DNA from: Hellea sp. | GTDB lineage: Bacteria > Pseudomonadota > Alphaproteobacteria > Caulobacterales > Maricaulaceae | DNA: 64,000 bases | Reading direction: 5' to 3' | Assembly (NCBI GenBank): GCA_023300105.1 | Contig: JALZWM010000063.1 | Coordinates: 6,101 to 70,100 of the forward strand | In this document: piece by piece, positions 1 through 8,359 of the stretch | Position numbering within the stretch: position 1 is the first letter of the stretch | Layout: each line of letters begins with the position of its first letter | Translations under genes and position numbers: made by a program | Notes under the pieces: generated by a model | What the model saw: the letters and a program-made list of their open reading frames with translations, nothing else | The model's database searches: none | What the model was told of the DNA's origin: nothing

Positions 1-1
1 T

Positions 2-427
2 ATATTAAGAAAGGACCGTGAATTTGTATCTTTAGAACTTGTTAGTTCTGGAAGAGGACTACCTATAATTCACAAGGCTATATGTGAGATACATAAGACG
101 CCTTATGTTTTTTTAGAACCTGATGTTATTCGTAAACGTGCAATAGAAGATGATCCAATTAGTAAAGATGTTTGTAATATTAGGGCCGCGGCAACTATGG
201 GGGCTATTGGGGACCTTGCTTTGGCTGGTGGGGCCCGCGGTGGTGTTGTTCTAGCCGGCGGCGTTAGTGAACACATGATTGATTTTTATACGCAACCTAA
301 TGCTATGAACCGCTTCTTAAACCATGGCGCTAGATCTGATTATATGAAAGATATACCATTACGTTTACTAAAGTCGTCCCTTGCGCCGTTGATTGGATCC
401 GCCGCTTTACTCGCGGATAGCGTCTAA
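2..427 (+). CDS. glk: Glucokinase, C-terminal part (5'-truncated by window edge)
   Basis: Frame 2 is open from base 2 (ILRKDREFVSLELVSSGRGLPII...) into the track ORF GAIGDLALAGGARGGVVLAGGV...IPLRL. This matches the Glk motifs S.E...SG.GL and GDLAL...A.GGV..GG. Confidence 0.85.
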   Translation: MLRKDREFVSLELVSSGRGLPIIHKAICEIHKTPYVFLEPDVIRKRAIEDDPISKDVCNIRAAATMGAIGDLALAGGARGGVVLAGGVSEHMIDFYTQPNAMNRFLNHGARSDYMKDIPLRLLKSSLAPLIGSAALLADSV

Positions 428-500
428 TCGATAAACAATCATGTCTCTACCAGTCTTTTCTCTTGAACTGGGACTTTTGCTTGCAGTAGTTTAAATTACT

Positions 501-955
501 GGGCGTCACAGCGATGGGAAAGCTTGTATCTACTTGTTAAAAACAGCCGTAAGTCTTGGGTCTATATGTAGAATAAATTGGGGAATTATATACGAAACTA
601 GGCAGAGGGCGAAATCCTGATGTTTAAGTCTCTAATTTATATTATCTGGATGGTCGCTATTTTTGCTGACGTAATACCGCAAGGTGTTCCGATGGGTTTC
701 TTTCCGTTGTCGATGGTAGGAAGCACCGGAACGTGAAGGGGAAAGTTGAACACGTGGTGCCGCTTACGCCCAGTCTACTGAAGTTGTTGGAAGTGGCAAA
801 AGGTTTCAGACTTCCGACTATTTGTTTTCCCTGGAGCGCGGGAAGGGAGGCCGCTCAGTAATATGTCTATGAATATATTAATGCGCGGAATGGACATTAA
901 GTATGTTACTGTCCATGAATTTAGGTCTAAGCGTATTGAAATGGGTCTTTCCTAG
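501..955 (+). pseudogene. Degraded P4/IntA-type tyrosine integrase (frameshifted, internally deleted)
   Basis: Manual translation across frames gives GRHSDG / LYLLVKNSRKSWVY / KLGRGRNPDV (arm-binding domain-like). It then gives KGKVEHVVPLTPSLLKLLE / SDYLF / FPGAREGRPLSNMSMNILMRGMDIKYVTVHEFRS (catalytic domain-like). Several stops and frameshifts are present. Confidence 0.75.
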
Positions 956-1149
956 ATAATTCGTATACGCCTATTCATCAGAACATAGCTAATTTTGAGA
1001 AATATACACAAAATTCTGTTTCTATGTATCGATAGTTTTTTGATCAATAGGGATGATAGATTAATAGAATAATTAAGTAGGAATAAAAAGTGGGAATAAT
1101 TTTTAATTGTATAAAAAATATAATAATATCAATATTTTAACTGTATCAA

Positions 1150-1223
1150 TGGAGGCACCACCCGGAATCGAACCGGGGTAGACGGATTTGCAATCCGCTG
1201 CGTAACCACTCCGCCATGGTGCC
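1150..1223 (-). tRNA. tRNA-Cys(GCA)
   Basis: Reverse complement GGCACCATGGCGGAGTGGTTACGCAGCGGATTGCAAATCCGTCTACCCCGGTTCGATTCCGGGTGGTGCCTCCA: cloverleaf, GCA anticodon, encoded CCA. Confidence 0.98.
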
Positions 1224-1237
1224 GTCCTAGGAAGCGC

Positions 1238-1266
1238 GGTATAGACAGCAGCGCGTTGGGATGCAA
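1238..1266 (-). promoter_or_regulatory. Putative sigma70 promoter of tRNA-Cys
   Basis: Minus strand TTGCAT-N17-TATACC followed by a GC-rich GCGC discriminator, 14 nt before the mature tRNA. Confidence 0.5.
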
Positions 1267-1408
1267 CGCGAAATATTGGAAAATTTGTTTGAATATACAT
1301 CTTATGGATAATTTGTATTTATGAATATCTTCTATGCGGCAATAGAGCATTGCGTAATTGCAGATTAGAAGGGTATAGCAGTCTTAGTTTTTTTAATGAG
1401 TCAGAATT

Positions 1409-2062
1409 ATGTTTGATTTTCCTGTTGCACGTGACCACATGGTTGATTGCCAAATTCGTACAAGTGACGTCACAGATCACGCCGTTATTAAGGCGTTTAA
1501 GTCAGTGTCTCGCGAATTATTTGTTCCCAAAACCCAACAAGCTTTGGCTTATGGTGATGCTCATATAGATTTGGGTGAGGGGCGTGTTATGATACGTCCA
1601 CGCGATTTTGCAAAAATGGTTCAGGCTGCAGATATTCAACCAACTGATGTTGTCTTAGATATCGCATGTGGTCGTGGATATTCTTCAGCAATTTTAGCGC
1701 ATCTATGCGAAACTGTTGTTAGCCTTGAAATAACCGATGATGCGGTTGAGAAAGCCTCTGAAAAAATAATTTCTGCGGATATTTCAAACGTAGCTGTGGT
1801 CAAAGGTGATTTGAAACTCGGCGCATCTGATCATGGGCCCTTTGATGTGATATTTGTCAACGGAGCCGTTAGCGCTGTGCCAAAGACTTGGACAGACCAG
1901 CTTGCAAATAATGGCCGGTTGATTTGCGTAATACAACAAGGGCCATTAGGACATGCGAGCATTTTTAGACGCTCAGGGGATGTAATTGGTGAGCAAATTA
2001 TTTTTGATACGTCACTCGCCGTCTTGCCAGGATTTGAACGGCAAGCAGAATTCGTTCTTTAA
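1409..2062 (+). CDS. pcm: Protein-L-isoaspartate O-methyltransferase family
   Basis: ARDHMVDCQIRTSDV, VLDIACGRGYSSAILA SAM motif, GPFDVIFVNGAV; sits in the pcm-tolC-popZ-valS synteny. Confidence 0.9.
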   Translation: MFDFPVARDHMVDCQIRTSDVTDHAVIKAFKSVSRELFVPKTQQALAYGDAHIDLGEGRVMIRPRDFAKMVQAADIQPTDVVLDIACGRGYSSAILAHLCETVVSLEITDDAVEKASEKIISADISNVAVVKGDLKLGASDHGPFDVIFVNGAVSAVPKTWTDQLANNGRLICVIQQGPLGHASIFRRSGDVIGEQIIFDTSLAVLPGFERQAEFVL

Positions 2063-3457
2063 GTGAAACCTATTTGGAAGTTATGGCCGATTTTGGCCAG
2101 CTTATGCGTAATTTTTGACGCGCCAAATCTTCACGCTGAAACCTTCGAAGAGGCCTTGGTCTCTGTCTATCAGTCTAATCCACGTCTTAAGGCCGCGCGC
2201 GCTCAGGTTCGCGAAGTAGATGAAAGTTATATTCAGGCTCGCGCTGAAGGACGTTTAAGTTCCAGCTTATCTGGAAGTTACGATTATGCGACGAACCGTG
2301 CGTCAGGAGAAATTGTACCGACTGCGCCAGACCAAACTTTTAGCCGCGAAGGTTTTCCGTCCGCTGTGCAGGTGCAAGTCATTCAACCGCTTTATCAAGG
2401 TGGTCGTGTGCGCGCACTTAAAGGACAAGCGAAAGCGAGTATTTTGGCTGCACGCGAACAGCTACGGGGAACCGAACAAGATTTATTACAGCAAAGCGCG
2501 AATGCTTATGCCAATGTATTACGCGATGAAGAGGCTGCTCGTATTCGGCGCAGTAATGTCAGCGTGTTAGCGCGCCAAGAAATGGCAGCTCAAGCCCGCT
2601 TTGATGTTGGCGCTGGGACTAAAACTGATATCGCTCAGGCACAAAGTCGCGTTGCGGCTGCAGAGGCAGGCGTAGCCGCTGCAGAGGCGCAGTTGCAATC
2701 AAGCCGGGCAACATATATTCGGCTTATCGGACACATTCCTGTCGATTTAGCCCCTATACCACGATTTGAGTTGCCGCCAACATTAGAGGTCGCAATTGCC
2801 CGCGCACGTCAAAATAACCCGACTTTATTAGCTGCCACGCATAATAGAACGGCCGCCAAGTCTGCGATTGATATCGCGAAATCTGCATCCAAACCTGTTG
2901 TGTCTTTAAATGGAACTTTGGGCGGGCAGCGAGGGCAGATAAATGGATTAGCTGAAGGTGATCAATTTTCATTCGGGGCTCAGTTTGTCGTACCTCTCTT
3001 TAGTGGCGGCAGGAATAAATCCAGGGTTCGTCAAGCGCGCCACGCAGATACGCGTATGGGGTTTGAAATTAAAGACTTAGGACGCGCACTTGATGAGGGT
3101 GTTCGGCAAACATGGGCGCAATTGGATGCTGTAAGGCAGGCATTAGAGTCCAGTCGTCTGCAAGTTGAAGCAGCCGAAATCGCCTTTGAGGGCGTTGAAT
3201 TAGAGCAATCCGTGGGAACGCGTACAACTTTGGATGTTTTAGATGCAGAACAGGAAGTTCTGAACTCTAAATTATCTCAGATTAATGCCGAAAGGGATGT
3301 TAATGTGACGACATTCCAGCTCTTAACTGTTTTAGGCGTTTTTGATGCCACCGCTATGCGGTTGCCTATAGATTTGTATGACTCAAGTGAAAACTTGGAG
3401 TCTGAAAAAGAGGATGGTTTTTCAAGGCTTAGTAAAAAACTAAATTTGAAAAAATAA
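2063..3457 (+). CDS. tolC: TolC family outer-membrane efflux protein
   Basis: Signal peptide, two OEP-like halves (QPLYQGG, VPLFSGG), GTRTTLDVLDAEQE motif. Confidence 0.9.
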   Translation: MKPIWKLWPILASLCVIFDAPNLHAETFEEALVSVYQSNPRLKAARAQVREVDESYIQARAEGRLSSSLSGSYDYATNRASGEIVPTAPDQTFSREGFPSAVQVQVIQPLYQGGRVRALKGQAKASILAAREQLRGTEQDLLQQSANAYANVLRDEEAARIRRSNVSVLARQEMAAQARFDVGAGTKTDIAQAQSRVAAAEAGVAAAEAQLQSSRATYIRLIGHIPVDLAPIPRFELPPTLEVAIARARQNNPTLLAATHNRTAAKSAIDIAKSASKPVVSLNGTLGGQRGQINGLAEGDQFSFGAQFVVPLFSGGRNKSRVRQARHADTRMGFEIKDLGRALDEGVRQTWAQLDAVRQALESSRLQVEAAEIAFEGVELEQSVGTRTTLDVLDAEQEVLNSKLSQINAERDVNVTTFQLLTVLGVFDATAMRLPIDLYDSSENLESEKEDGFSRLSKKLNLKK

Positions 3458-3468
3458 ATTTCGACTCT

Positions 3469-3504
3469 ATAAATTCTATATTTGGCATAAATTCTATAAT
3501 TGGC
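3469..3504. repeat. 18-bp tandem duplication
   Basis: ATAAATTCTATATTTGGC / ATAAATTCTATAATTGGC, just after the tolC stop. Confidence 0.85.
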
Positions 3505-3555
3505 GTGTTTTTTAATAACTTATTCAAAAAACTAATTTTTTTTTTAATTCACCCA

Positions 3556-3570
3556 TTAATTGAGTCTTAA
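3556..3570. promoter_or_regulatory. Putative CtrA box upstream of popZ
   Basis: TTAA-TTGAGTC-TTAA matches TTAA-N7-TTAA, 82 bp upstream of the popZ ATG. Confidence 0.5.
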
Positions 3571-3652
3571 GCAGTCTAGACAAGTGTGACGTGTTGTTTT
3601 AACTCTATAAAGCAAAGGTGGGTAAGCTGCCAGGGTTGTTAAGGAAGCCAAT

Positions 3653-5218
3653 ATGTCTGAACGGACACCAGATACGTCAAATAGTCTTGCTGAAAATGCT
3701 GAACCGAGCATGGAAGACATATTAGCGTCAATTCGTAAAATCATTGCGGATGATGAAGGCAATGAAGTGCCTCTTGATGTTAGTGACGCGCTGGCCGTTA
3801 CCGTTTTAGATGAAAATGTGCCTTCTAATCTAGATGCTCAAGAGAACCTCACGCTTAATAAGAACACAGTCAGCAATAATGTTGAAACGCTAGATTTGGA
3901 CGTTGATACAGATACCGTTGAGCCGAGTGATAGCGAAATTGACGCTCTTATCGCAGATATGGACATGATTGATACAGAGACCTTGGCTGTGAACAATGAA
4001 GTATTAGAGCTAGAATCTGACATGAATGCCGAGCTTGAAATTCCAATGGAAGAGGAAAGTTTAAAGTCTCTTGAAGAGGTAGACCTTGTCGCTAGCCCAT
4101 TGTCAGAAGCAGAAACAGTCGACACGGCCTTGGTTGATGATGCATCAGATGAGGATCTCTCAACTTTACTTGATGATATGTTGCATGGCAATAATGATAG
4201 CTCTGAAAGTGATACGTTAGAAAACCTTGAATTAGTTGTGGATCCTGCCGAGGCCTTATTGAATGACGATTTTGAGGTGGACGCTGATTCATCGCCTGAA
4301 ACGCAAGCTGACGACATAAGTGCAGATTCTGATATTGATCTCGTCAAGTCTTTAATGGCGGATCTTACGGGAGCGCCTCTACATGATGAGTTAAACGTCA
4401 CAGAAAACTCTGCTGCAGACCCGGCTGTAAGTCCAGCTTCTGACTCAGAACAAGATTTATTCGATAGTTTGGGATTTGACATCGATAAAGACCATGAAGA
4501 AATGGCTGAGTATACAGATGCAGGCTCGATTGAGACTTTAGAAGCAGAAGCCGATTCTGAAACCGATGACATTATGGACGAAATACTGTCTCTAACAATG
4601 GATGATGAAGTGGAAATCCAAGCTGAAGCGGTAAAAGCTACAGGTGTTGAAGTTCCTTTGAGCCTTAAAGATATCGCCGCTCAGGCAGAATTAGACGCAG
4701 ATGCCATGAGCACGGGTAAAGCCTTGGCGGCTGTTGCAGCGCTCGGAGCTGTTGCTCAGGCTGTACAAAATGATGCGCATTCAATAGATTTAGAGCTAGA
4801 GTCAGAGCAAGATTTTGAAATCGAGATAGAAGATAAGCTTTTAGACGTTGCCGAATCTAATGATTTTGACGATGTTGACGAAGTATTAGCCAAATTAGAC
4901 GATATTGTTACAATAACGCCTGAAATTAACGAAAATACCGATTTAAACCCTGAAGAGGAGAACACACCAATGCCAAGAGCACTGAAAACAGACACTATTA
5001 TCGATGAAGTCACAGAAACAGCAACGGCTGACGTGTTTTCGTCTCTTAACAAGGTCGTTGAAGAAAAAGCTGTGGTCGCAGAACGTGGCGACCGTATCGG
5101 TGACCTTGTTATGGAATCACTTCGCCCGATGCTTAAAGATTGGCTTGATGCAAACCTTAAAGGTATCGTTGAACGCGCTGTGACTAAAGAAGTTAAGCGT
5201 ATTTCTTCAGGTAAATAA
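3653..5218 (+). CDS. popZ: Polar organizing protein PopZ (DUF2497) with very long acidic linker
   Basis: N-terminal EPSMEDILASIRKIIADD and C-terminal LRPMLKDWLDANLKGIVERAVTKEVKRIS; located between tolC and valS. Confidence 0.88.
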   Translation: MSERTPDTSNSLAENAEPSMEDILASIRKIIADDEGNEVPLDVSDALAVTVLDENVPSNLDAQENLTLNKNTVSNNVETLDLDVDTDTVEPSDSEIDALIADMDMIDTETLAVNNEVLELESDMNAELEIPMEEESLKSLEEVDLVASPLSEAETVDTALVDDASDEDLSTLLDDMLHGNNDSSESDTLENLELVVDPAEALLNDDFEVDADSSPETQADDISADSDIDLVKSLMADLTGAPLHDELNVTENSAADPAVSPASDSEQDLFDSLGFDIDKDHEEMAEYTDAGSIETLEAEADSETDDIMDEILSLTMDDEVEIQAEAVKATGVEVPLSLKDIAAQAELDADAMSTGKALAAVAALGAVAQAVQNDAHSIDLELESEQDFEIEIEDKLLDVAESNDFDDVDEVLAKLDDIVTITPEINENTDLNPEEENTPMPRALKTDTIIDEVTETATADVFSSLNKVVEEKAVVAERGDRIGDLVMESLRPMLKDWLDANLKGIVERAVTKEVKRISSGK

Positions 5219-5276
5219 GACGGCTAAATAAGCCTCTTTAATTCCCTGTCTTTTCAGGGTAAGCCATCTCAAATGT

Positions 5277-5324
5277 AGCCCGCCCTTATACCTCTCTCGG
5301 GAGTTAGTGGGGGCGGGCTTTTTT
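5277..5324 (+). terminator. Intrinsic terminator-like hairpin after popZ
   Basis: AGCCCGCCC...GGGCGGGCT stem followed by a T run. Confidence 0.6.
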
Positions 5325-5341
5325 GTTATTTAGGATGTGTC

Positions 5342-8290
5342 ATGCTCGACAATAAATTTAATCCCAAAGAAGCCGAACCTCGCCTGTATAAGGCTTGGGA
5401 AGATAGCGGTGCGTTTAAACCTCGAGCGGCAAAACCAACAGACACCAAAGACGATAATTTTTCTATTGTTATCCCGCCGCCCAATGTGACGGGTAGCCTG
5501 CATATGGGCCATGCAGTCAATAATACCATCCAAGATATTCTCGTGCGCTATAACCGTATGAAGGGCAAGGCCGTATTATGGCAGCCGGGCACTGACCATG
5601 CGGGCATTGCCACACAAATGGTAGTTGAACGTAGACTGGCGGCTGAGGGTAAAGCCCGCAAAGATATGAGCCGCGATGAATTTCTAGAGCATGTTTGGGC
5701 ATGGAAAGCGGAGAGCGGCGGTAATATCAATCAACAGCTAAGACGTCTTGGCTCCTCCTGCGATTGGTCGCGTGAGAAGTTTACATTGGGTGACCCTGAG
5801 GATCCTTCTGATAAAATGGCCGAGGCCGTTACCAAAGCTTTCGTTGAGATGTACGACCAAGGCTTGATTTACCGCGATAAGCGCCTCGTGAATTGGGACC
5901 CACATTTTCAAACCGCGATTTCAGATCTCGAAGTTGAAACAAAAACGGTTGATGGTCACTATTGGCATTTGCGTTATCCGCTCGCGGACGGCGTGACTTA
6001 TGAACATCCACTTACGGATGAAGAAGGTAATGTGACGGGCCATGAGACGCGCAGCTATGTTGTTGTGGCAACGTCGCGCCCTGAAACTATGTTGGGTGAT
6101 ACGGGCGTCGCTGTCCATCCTGATGATGAACGTTATGCTAGTCTTGTTGGTAAAGAAATTATCCTGCCGATTGTGGGCCGCCGCGTGCCGATTATCGCTG
6201 ATGAATATGCGGACCCTGAAAAAGGCTCTGGCGCAGTGAAGATTACGCCTGCTCATGATTTCAACGATTATGAAGTCGGCAAACGCGCAGGGCATGAGCT
6301 GATTTCTATTCTTGATGAACGCGGCCATATTTTGCCGTTGGATATTATCCCCGAAGAGTTTCACGGCTTGTTCTCTGTTAAGGCGCGTAAGCTTGTCGTT
6401 GCTAAATTTGATGAACTGGAATTGCTCGCTGAAACAGAAAACTTAAAAATAGAACAGCCTGTTGGTGACCGTTCAGGCGTGGTGATTGAACCTATGCTCA
6501 CGGACCAATGGTTCGTTGCTGCGGATAAGCTCGCAGAAGACGCGATGGCGAAAGTCGATGACGGCTCAACAAAATTTGTGCCTGAAAATTGGAAAAAAAC
6601 TTATGACCATTGGATGAAAGGCATCCAGCCGTGGTGTATTTCAAGACAGCTCTGGTGGGGACATCAAATTCCTGCTTGGTATGGTCCGCGAATTGTAGAG
6701 GTTGAGGGGGGCATTATCTTTTCCATGGAGAACCCTATCATCATAGTTGCTCAAAGTTTCGATGAGGCTCACCGAAAATACATGGATTACAAGGGCGGAC
6801 GAGGCGGCATGGGAGCTGACCTAGGATGCGTTGAGGTATTCGAAAAACCGAATGAATCTTTCAAGGATGGCTACCAAGTTCTGTATCGCGACCCAGACGT
6901 CCTAGACACATGGTTCTCTTCTGGCCTTTGGCCATTCTCTACGCTTGGTTGGCCTGAAAATACGGATGAGCTTGAACGTTTCTACCCAACCTCTGTTGTT
7001 GTGACCGCCTTTGATATTATTTTCTTCTGGGTGGCGCGTATGATGATGCAGGGCCTGCATTTTATGGATGATGTGCCGTTTAAGGATATCTATATCCATG
7101 CGCTTGTCCTTGATGAGGCGGGCAAGAAGATGTCCAAATCTATCGGCAATACGCTTGATCCGCTCGACTTGATTGATGGTGTGGATATTGAAACGCTTGT
7201 TGCCAAACGCACACGCGGTCTTAAAAACCCTGAGAAAGCGCCGAAAATAGAGAAGGCGACTCGCAAGCAATATCCAGATGGGTTCGAGCCTTATGGCGCG
7301 GACGCACTGCGCTTTACACTTGCCTCTATGGCGGGACAGGGACGCAATATCCGCCTCTCTGTGGACCGTATTGCGGGCTACCGTAACTTTGGCACCAAGC
7401 TCTGGTCTGCGGCCAGTTTCGGCCAAATGAATGGCTGTCTGCCAACCGCATTTGACCCAAGCACAGCGAAAGTTGCGCTCAATAAATGGATTATATCCGA
7501 GACCGTTAAAACAACCGCTGAGGTCACGCGTTGTATCGAAGGTTACCGTTTCAATGACGCCGCTGATGCCGCCTATAAATTCGCGTGGGATACATTCTGC
7601 GCGTGGTATTTGGAAATGTCCAAAGCCGTCCTCTCTGGCCCAGACGGGGCAGAAAAGGACGAGACACGCGCGGCCTTTGCGTGGACGCTCGACCAAATCT
7701 TAAAACTGCTTCACCCGTTTATGCCGTTCATTACCGAAGAGCTTTGGGGCTCTATCGCAGAGAGCCGCGATGATATGTTGATTATCTCGCAATGGCCTGA
7801 ATTACCAGAGAGCTTGATTGACGAGAACGCATCAAAAGACATTGAATGGGTGCAAACCCTTATTACAAACTTGCGCTCTGTTCGTGCCGATATGAATATC
7901 CCGCCAAGTAAGAAAGCGCCGCTCTTAATGCTCGCCGATACCCTTGACCCGCGCCTTGCCGCTTATGCTGAGGTGCTTTCGCCTATGGCCCGTGTGGACG
8001 GTGTAGAAACCGCCAGCGAAGCCCCTAAAGGCGCATTGCAGACGGTTGTTGACGGCGTGACTTATGCGATACCGCTAGACGGCCTAATCGATGCAGGCGC
8101 AGAAAAAGCGCGATTGTCTAAAGAGATCGAAAAGGCCCAATCCGAGATTGAAAAAATCGACAAAAAACTCAGCAACCCTGCCTTTACGGATAAAGCTCCA
8201 GAAAAGGTCGTGAACCTGCAAAAGGAACGCCGCGCGGCCTATGTCGCTGAGCTTGAACAGCTGAGTGAGGCCTTGGAGGGATTAGGGTAA
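5342..8290 (+). CDS. valS: Valine--tRNA ligase
   Basis: PPPNVTGSLHMGH (HIGH), KMSKS, WCISRQLWWGH, DPDVLDTWFSSG, C-terminal coiled coil. Confidence 0.99.
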   Translation: MLDNKFNPKEAEPRLYKAWEDSGAFKPRAAKPTDTKDDNFSIVIPPPNVTGSLHMGHAVNNTIQDILVRYNRMKGKAVLWQPGTDHAGIATQMVVERRLAAEGKARKDMSRDEFLEHVWAWKAESGGNINQQLRRLGSSCDWSREKFTLGDPEDPSDKMAEAVTKAFVEMYDQGLIYRDKRLVNWDPHFQTAISDLEVETKTVDGHYWHLRYPLADGVTYEHPLTDEEGNVTGHETRSYVVVATSRPETMLGDTGVAVHPDDERYASLVGKEIILPIVGRRVPIIADEYADPEKGSGAVKITPAHDFNDYEVGKRAGHELISILDERGHILPLDIIPEEFHGLFSVKARKLVVAKFDELELLAETENLKIEQPVGDRSGVVIEPMLTDQWFVAADKLAEDAMAKVDDGSTKFVPENWKKTYDHWMKGIQPWCISRQLWWGHQIPAWYGPRIVEVEGGIIFSMENPIIIVAQSFDEAHRKYMDYKGGRGGMGADLGCVEVFEKPNESFKDGYQVLYRDPDVLDTWFSSGLWPFSTLGWPENTDELERFYPTSVVVTAFDIIFFWVARMMMQGLHFMDDVPFKDIYIHALVLDEAGKKMSKSIGNTLDPLDLIDGVDIETLVAKRTRGLKNPEKAPKIEKATRKQYPDGFEPYGADALRFTLASMAGQGRNIRLSVDRIAGYRNFGTKLWSAASFGQMNGCLPTAFDPSTAKVALNKWIISETVKTTAEVTRCIEGYRFNDAADAAYKFAWDTFCAWYLEMSKAVLSGPDGAEKDETRAAFAWTLDQILKLLHPFMPFITEELWGSIAESRDDMLIISQWPELPESLIDENASKDIEWVQTLITNLRSVRADMNIPPSKKAPLLMLADTLDPRLAAYAEVLSPMARVDGVETASEAPKGALQTVVDGVTYAIPLDGLIDAGAEKARLSKEIEKAQSEIEKIDKKLSNPAFTDKAPEKVVNLQKERRAAYVAELEQLSEALEGLG

Positions 8291-8359
8291 GGGGCGCATA
8301 CATCTGTTATCTTAGCTCAGGATGCTAATAACGCCTCCTTAAAGTAATTTTGATACGCT

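Noticed and set aside
1103-1350. Two minus-strand ORFs (65 and 73 aa)
   Set aside because: They overlap tRNA-Cys and its promoter and have no protein motifs.
3838-5052. Ser-rich antisense ORFs (244 aa and 98 aa)
   Set aside because: They are the reverse-strand shadow of Asp/Glu codons in popZ.
6902-7696. 264-aa antisense ORF
   Set aside because: It lies wholly within valS; a codon-bias shadow with no motifs.
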